Shown in pieces: positions 58,808 through 64,000 of a stretch of DNA of 64,000 nt. How positions within the stretch are numbered: the stretch's first letter is position 1; each line of letters opens with the position of its first letter. Origin of the DNA: Alphaproteobacteria bacterium (GTDB lineage: Bacteria; Pseudomonadota; Alphaproteobacteria; RF32; CAG-239); contig JAZNXK010000011.1 in assembly GCA_045593845.1 (NCBI GenBank), positions 11,111 through 75,110 of the forward strand, given 5' to 3'. A model generated the notes under the pieces. It searched no databases, was not told the DNA's origin, and worked only from the letters and a program-made list of their open reading frames with translations. Both the position numbers and the translations under genes were made by a program.

Positions 58808-59878
58808 TTATTCCTTGAGTTTTATTGCCGCACGTTGTCTCAAGGTTTGTAAATATCTTGAAGCAAAGCGCTCGGTTTTTTGGTTTTGCAACATGTTGGT
58901 AATTTCTTCTGAATTTGGTTCAGGCATCTTATCTTTAACAGGATCAAATTTTTGTTCCAATTTTAGTATATAATAAGAATCATTATGAATAATCGGGTCG
59001 GAAACACCATTAACCGACATTTTTTGCAAAGTTTTATCCAAAACTTCAGGTAATTGTCCAGCATTTATCCAGCCAAGTCTGCCACCACTAGAGGAGCTTG
59101 GGCTTTGTGAAAATTGGGCTGCATACATTTCAAAGCGAGGATCCTGACGTAATGTGCGAGAAAGGTCATAAATATTTTTGGCTTCTTTTCTCGGGATGAC
59201 AATTTCAGATACCATGTATTTTACCTTGTTCATATCTTCCTTTGTAACTTTTAGGGCATCTTGGACTTCTGGTTCAGTTACGATCTGGTTTGCGGTTTTA
59301 CTTCTGACCAAACGAACCCACGCAATATCGCTTTTCATTTGTTCTCTGAAAACCGCTTCGCTTACACCATATTCTTTGAGTTCTCTTTTCAACTGATCAG
59401 GAGTTACTTTAATGCTTTTAGCATATGTATGGATTGCCGAATCAATATCGGCATCGGATATGCGGATGTTGTTATTTTTCGCGTCTTGTAATTTTATTTT
59501 TTCATCAATGGTATTTTGCATAACCTTGTTAATGATTAGGAGTTTTGTTTCTGCATTGTAAGGAATTCCCGTTGTAAGGCAAAAAGCACGAACACGATTA
59601 TTGATGTCTTCCGTTGTAATAATTTCTCCGTTAACGGAGGCTAAAATACGCAGGTTTCCGGAATAAGGAGTGGGTTTTTTTATGCTTTTCGGCACTACCG
59701 GTTCAGGAACATCAACAGGAGCCTGCGGCTTGAAAACAGAAGTTCCGTCTTCATCGTAGGATATATATCCGTCTCCGTATTCCTCTTGAGGATAATCAGG
59801 ATCATATTCAGCGGCAAATTGGGCAAATGCCGGTGAAGAAAGACTTAAACCTAAAATTATCAATAATATTTTTAACAT
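58808..59878 (-). CDS. surA: Periplasmic chaperone / parvulin-type PPIase SurA
   Basis: Signal peptide, a SurA N-domain-like region and one parvulin domain (GGRLGWINAGQLP). Position between lptD and rsmA. Confidence 0.75.
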   Translation of the reverse strand: MLKILLIILGLSLSSPAFAQFAAEYDPDYPQEEYGDGYISYDEDGTSVFKPQAPVDVPEPVVPKSIKKPTPYSGNLRILASVNGEIITTEDINNRVRAFCLTTGIPYNAETKLLIINKVMQNTIDEKIKLQDAKNNNIRISDADIDSAIHTYAKSIKVTPDQLKRELKEYGVSEAVFREQMKSDIAWVRLVRSKTANQIVTEPEVQDALKVTKEDMNKVKYMVSEIVIPRKEAKNIYDLSRTLRQDPRFEMYAAQFSQSPSSSSGGRLGWINAGQLPEVLDKTLQKMSVNGVSDPIIHNDSYYILKLEQKFDPVKDKMPEPNSEEITNMLQNQKTERFASRYLQTLRQRAAIKLKE

Positions 59879-59891
59879 ACTATTTTCTCCT

Positions 59892-62084
59892 TTATTTTGA
59901 ACCTATACTTCCTAAAGTTTTTAACAAAAAAGTAACTGAGAACTCATAACCGTCATCATAGTCAGGATCGGTGGAATTATACTTATGTGCATTAAAAATA
60001 AGTTTGAGGCACTCGTCTTCATATATGAGTTTTCCGCCATGTTCGAGGGAACGTTCATCATTTTTTGCCAAGTTTTGACGATTATATATTTGAAAATTCC
60101 AATTCTGGGAGATTTTTGTATTGAGGGCGGTGTATAATTCTTTTCTTTCTTTATAATCATCAAAAAAGTAAAGATTTTTATCGGCACCTTTTTGATCCCT
60201 GCCTTTAATAGATATAAAAGATATGTTGGCGGATAATATCTTACTGCCTATCCTTGAGTTTAGTTCACTGTATTTTACTCTTAAAGTATCTTTATTCAAA
60301 CGAAAACGATAATTAAGATCTAAAAAAGAATTAGGAGAAGCATAAATTCTTCCGACGTAGTCACTGAGTTTTGAAGTATCTCCCAATGCCATAGCATAGC
60401 TTTCATTTTTATTTATATAATAACTTTGCCCTAAGAAAGAAGACGTTCTACCTAAAATATTGCCATAAGAACTCCAATTTAATCCATAGGATACACGGCT
60501 ACCGGTATCGTTTCTGTCGTAACCGGCATAGCGATCAATATCAAGTATATTGGTGTCATCAAATTGAGCATTTAAGCTGTCTTCATTTGGAATTTTGTTT
60601 GCTTTATTTCCTCCGTTGGGGGCTACAACAGCCACAACTACCGGTTCAACAATTTGTCTGGTTGTCTCGGTTGCTTTTATGAATGGGAGTCTCCATTCAA
60701 CGGCAGCCTGCGGAAAAAGACGTCCGACTTCTCCGGTATACTCGGTATTGTTATTATAGAATTTATCAACATAATATGCGTCAGATTTTAAGGATGCAAG
60801 AAAACGGTATTTTTCACCGAACGGGCTGGTGTATGGCAAGTTCCAAGAATTTATCATGGTTGCTCTTTGGGTTTGTGTTCCGTCGTGCTCTCTGTATATG
60901 GAAGCGAGATTAAAAGTGTTTTTAAAATATGCGCCGATAGAATTTGTTTCGGATATATTTTCATAGGTTGCCAAAGGTAAAATATATGGTTTGCTGTATT
61001 CGCGGCGCTTAAATTCACTTATATTGGCATTTCTTAAAGAATAACTGATTAATTTGTAAGAATATCCTTCGATTGCTGCATAATCTCTGTTTTTAAATCT
61101 TTCAAAAGCAATGGAAGAAGTTAACCATGTATCAGTTTTTCCGGGAAGGGATAAATCTTTCAAATAGGCTCCGTCAGAAGCATAGTTTATATCCATTTTG
61201 GCGAGCCATAAGTCATTTATCTCATATCTGCCAATAGCAGTTATATTTCCTCTTTTCTTGTCGGTTTCATTGTCTTTCATTATTGTTCCGGTGGTATTCA
61301 ACTCCCCATTATAGAACATTTTACGATAAGTGCCTCCGAGAACAATATCTTGTTTATCGCTAAATATGGGGGAGAGTAAGATATCTTCATGTTCGTTGAT
61401 ATTTATAAAATAATTTACTTTTACGGCGGTGCGCAAATAGTTGTTACTAATTAAAGACGGCATCATAAAGCCGCTGCGTCTTTTGACTGTTGGATCGGGG
61501 TGTGAAAGAAAAGGTGAATATAACACAGGAACATCTTTTATAGTCAGGTAAGCACTTCTGTAATAGACATCATGACGAGCATTGTCATGTGTTACTTTGC
61601 GAGCTTTTATAGACCAAAGAGGTTTGGAATTTTCACCGCAAGTGTCGCAAGGTGTATATACAGCATGGAAAAAGTGTTTATCTTTTTGAGCTGTTTGCTT
61701 TATACGTTTTGCCGAAATTTTGCTTTCATCAGCGAGAATGGCTTTTACTTTATTAATGGTTCCTCTTGACATTTTATCGGATAAAGTTGCTTGGTCGGCA
61801 TAAATTACAGCACCATCAGCTTGTGTAATACTTACATTTCCTTTTGCGGTTATAACGTCTTTTTCACGATTATAAATCAATTTATCCGTTTTTAAGACGA
61901 TATTTTCGCGTGAAATTACAACATCACCTTGGGCAGTAATGGTTTTGTCTGCGGAATTTTCAATAACCTCATCCGCGCTGAAATATATAGGTGTAGCTTT
62001 TTTTGTGTTTTCGGCAAAAGAGTTCTGCCACAAAAAAGCAATACAAAGCAATGTTATCAGAAATAAACTTATCTTCTTAAACAT
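59892..62084 (-). CDS. lptD: LPS assembly outer membrane protein LptD
   Basis: Signal peptide, an OstA-like N-terminal domain (FSADEV...ITAQGDVVI) and a large beta-barrel region. 730 aa. Confidence 0.85.
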   Translation of the reverse strand: MFKKISLFLITLLCIAFLWQNSFAENTKKATPIYFSADEVIENSADKTITAQGDVVISRENIVLKTDKLIYNREKDVITAKGNVSITQADGAVIYADQATLSDKMSRGTINKVKAILADESKISAKRIKQTAQKDKHFFHAVYTPCDTCGENSKPLWSIKARKVTHDNARHDVYYRSAYLTIKDVPVLYSPFLSHPDPTVKRRSGFMMPSLISNNYLRTAVKVNYFININEHEDILLSPIFSDKQDIVLGGTYRKMFYNGELNTTGTIMKDNETDKKRGNITAIGRYEINDLWLAKMDINYASDGAYLKDLSLPGKTDTWLTSSIAFERFKNRDYAAIEGYSYKLISYSLRNANISEFKRREYSKPYILPLATYENISETNSIGAYFKNTFNLASIYREHDGTQTQRATMINSWNLPYTSPFGEKYRFLASLKSDAYYVDKFYNNNTEYTGEVGRLFPQAAVEWRLPFIKATETTRQIVEPVVVAVVAPNGGNKANKIPNEDSLNAQFDDTNILDIDRYAGYDRNDTGSRVSYGLNWSSYGNILGRTSSFLGQSYYINKNESYAMALGDTSKLSDYVGRIYASPNSFLDLNYRFRLNKDTLRVKYSELNSRIGSKILSANISFISIKGRDQKGADKNLYFFDDYKERKELYTALNTKISQNWNFQIYNRQNLAKNDERSLEHGGKLIYEDECLKLIFNAHKYNSTDPDYDDGYEFSVTFLLKTLGSIGSK

Positions 62085-63204
62085 AATTCATAAATTCCTT
62101 TTTGTTTTGTTTTGGTTTTCGGGCAGGATTATATAAAAGCAGTATATATAAACAAATAATTATCGGCAAGAGATAATTGCCGTAATAAAGCGGTAAAAAG
62201 TATAATTCTTTTGATGCAAGATTTCCTAATATTAAATCATTTACTTCAACAACTATCATAGCTAAAATGGTTATGGAAATAATTTTTCCTTGTCCTCTTC
62301 GGTTGAAATTACCTACTAATAATCCAATACAGGCAATAAAAGAAAAAATAAAATTGTATATAGGATTGAGCAATCTTTTGTTTCCTTCGACTATAAATCG
62401 TTTTGCTTCCGGAGGTGTCAGGTTTGGGTTTTTATCGGCATTCAACAGGTCTGACAAAGTTTGGGATCGGTATGAGTTGTTACGTTTCTTCTTGCTTTGA
62501 GCTATTGTAAAATCAACAGAGTATCGGTCAAATGATATAGAAGAGAACTGAAGAGTTTTATTATTTATTTCCTGTCTTATTCCATTGATTAAAAGTATTC
62601 TTGGACCGGTGTCGGTATATACGATAACGCCTTTTTCTGCAGATATTGTGTTTTTAACTTTTGGATTGCGTTCATCATTTATCATAACTCCTTCAACGGA
62701 ATTATCTTTACCGTGGGCGGTTATAAAAATGGTTAAATTATCATCTATGGTGGTAAACTCTCCTTCGCGAAACATAAGATGTGAGACATCGTGTTTTACT
62801 TGCCATTCAAGTTCATAAAATTTTTTTTCGATTGCTGGGGCTGCAAAATTATTGATATAAACGGACAATAATGTAGCAAGGATTCCGACAAAAAGAGCTG
62901 GTTTAGCACACTGCCACGGGCTTATGCCGGCAGATTTTATTACAACCAGTTCTCGGTCTGTCAGCATGCGATTATAAACAAATAAAACTGCGACGAATAA
63001 TGATATGGGAGATAAAATGACAAATAGTCTCGGCATTAAGCATGAGGTTATTTTAATGAAAATTCCAATCGGTAATCCTTTGTTTGTTATCATTTCTAAA
63101 AAGCGCAATGATTGAGTAAGCCAAAGGATAGAGACAAGAGAAATTGCCACTAACAAAAAGCCAATAATTATCTGGCAAGCTATATATATATTCAACTTTT
63201 TCAT
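62077..63204 (-). CDS. lptG: LPS export ABC permease, LptF/LptG family
   Basis: Six TM helices with a periplasmic beta-jellyroll insert. Overlaps the lptD start by 8 nt. The choice of lptG over lptF rests on position only. Confidence 0.65.
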   Translation of the reverse strand: MKKLNIYIACQIIIGFLLVAISLVSILWLTQSLRFLEMITNKGLPIGIFIKITSCLMPRLFVILSPISLFVAVLFVYNRMLTDRELVVIKSAGISPWQCAKPALFVGILATLLSVYINNFAAPAIEKKFYELEWQVKHDVSHLMFREGEFTTIDDNLTIFITAHGKDNSVEGVMINDERNPKVKNTISAEKGVIVYTDTGPRILLINGIRQEINNKTLQFSSISFDRYSVDFTIAQSKKKRNNSYRSQTLSDLLNADKNPNLTPPEAKRFIVEGNKRLLNPIYNFIFSFIACIGLLVGNFNRRGQGKIISITILAMIVVEVNDLILGNLASKELYFLPLYYGNYLLPIIICLYILLLYNPARKPKQNKKEFMNYV

Positions 63205-63243
63205 CAGAAGGTCAGTATAGAATTAATTTTTAATAATGCAAGA

Positions 63244-63277
63244 AAATCCTCAAAATTGTTATCAATTTTGAGGATTT
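63244..63277 (-). terminator. 15-bp perfect hairpin downstream of hppA
   Basis: aaatcctcaaaattg ttat caattttgaggattt. The T-tail on the minus strand is weak (tttcttgc). Confidence 0.5.
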
Positions 63278-63302
63278 CCGCATTTGTATAAAAGCAATAT
63301 TT

Positions 63303-64000
63303 TTAGCTGTTAATTCTCATTTTGTAGAATGAACGCCATACAAAAACGAGAGCAATTAAAAACATTGCAACACCGGCACCCAATGCTATGCAACGTGGTG
63401 CAGATACAGCCATTTCTACTGCCAAAAGACCAAACAATGTTGTAAATTTAATGATCGGATTTAAGGCAACAGATGAAGTATCTTTATAGGGGTCGCCGAC
63501 GGTATCGCCGACAACTGCTGCATCATGCAATGCAGAGCCTTTTTCTTTTAAGTCAACTTCTACAACTTTCTTTGCGTTATCCCATGCACCGCCAGCATTT
63601 GCCATGTATAAAGCTTGGAACAAGCCGAATACTGCGATGGAGATTAAATAACTTGCAAACAAATCTGGGTTAAAACAAGCAAAGGCAATGGTTAAGCAGA
63701 AAATAACCATAAAGATATTAAACATACCTTTTTGTGCATAGATTGTGCAAATTCTGACCACAGATTTTGAATCTTCGATAGAAGCTGCTTTTTGAGTGTC
63801 TAATTTAATGTGTTGTTTAATGTAATCAACAGCTCTGTATGCACCGGTTGAAACAGCTTGCATGGATGCACCGGAGAACCAATAAATAACTGCGCCTCCG
63901 AGCAACAATCCGAACAATACCATCGGGTTCATCAAATTGAGCTCAAGATTGAGGAGCAAAATGATGGAGAAAATCATTGTTGTTGCACCGATTACTGCTG
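63303..64000 (-). CDS. hppA: Membrane-bound H+-translocating pyrophosphatase, C-terminal part (continues past the right edge)
   Basis: Motifs GGAWDNAKK and AAVVGDTVGDPYKDTSS. The frame is still open upstream of the track ATG (63977) through position 64000. Confidence 0.85.
   Translation of the reverse strand, partial: AVIGATTMIFSIILLLNLELNLMNPMVLFGLLLGGAVIYWFSGASMQAVSTGAYRAVDYIKQHIKLDTQKAASIEDSKSVVRICTIYAQKGMFNIFMVIFCLTIAFACFNPDLFASYLISIAVFGLFQALYMANAGGAWDNAKKVVEVDLKEKGSALHDAAVVGDTVGDPYKDTSSVALNPIIKFTTLFGLLAVEMAVSAPRCIALGAGVAMFLIALVFVWRSFYKMRINS

Noticed and set aside
1-64000. Search for tRNA/rRNA genes, IS elements, integrases, phage genes, toxin-antitoxin pairs or known defence systems
   Set aside because: No ORF showed transposase, integrase, phage or defence-type motifs. 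The intergenic gaps are short and AT-rich, with no cloverleaf-capable GC-rich segments seen. tRNAscan/Infernal would be needed for certainty.

Overview
AT-rich chromosomal segment with typical alphaproteobacterial core synteny: fabD-fabG, ftsK, cmk-rpsA, radA, mlaEF, tsaE, parB-parA-rsmG-mnmG-mnmE-rho, coaE-dnaQ, tsaD-nth, rpmH-rnpA-yidD-yidC-engB, trxA-addA-addB, rdgB-rph, typA, fdxA, htpG, rsmA-surA-lptD-lptG and a partial hppA. Genes are tightly packed, with many 1-11 nt overlaps. I saw no tRNA, rRNA, CRISPR array, transposase or integrase. I did not find a clear multi-gene novel system such as a defence island. The strongest non-core signals are: (1) A giant open frame on the minus strand (1..5001) is absent from the supplied ORF track because it runs off the left edge. 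It encodes a Pmp-type GGAI/FxxN repeat adhesin built from three tandem super-modules of about 500-600 aa. (2) Upstream of that gene lies an array of CGA-N-TCG palindromic motifs. (3) A secreted protein carries 17 tandem 15-aa Pro/Thr repeats. (4) An ADP-dependent sugar kinase family gene is present; this family is known mainly from archaea and eukaryotes. (5) An RquA-like gene (rhodoquinone biosynthesis) is translationally coupled to rsmE. (6) A candidate oriC lies in the rho/coaE gap. (7) A Mic60-like coiled-coil membrane protein is encoded next to tsaD. (8) Two tandem diverged 129-aa paralogs sit in their own promoter/terminator cassettes. All protein-family calls come from motif recognition by eye; no searches were run.
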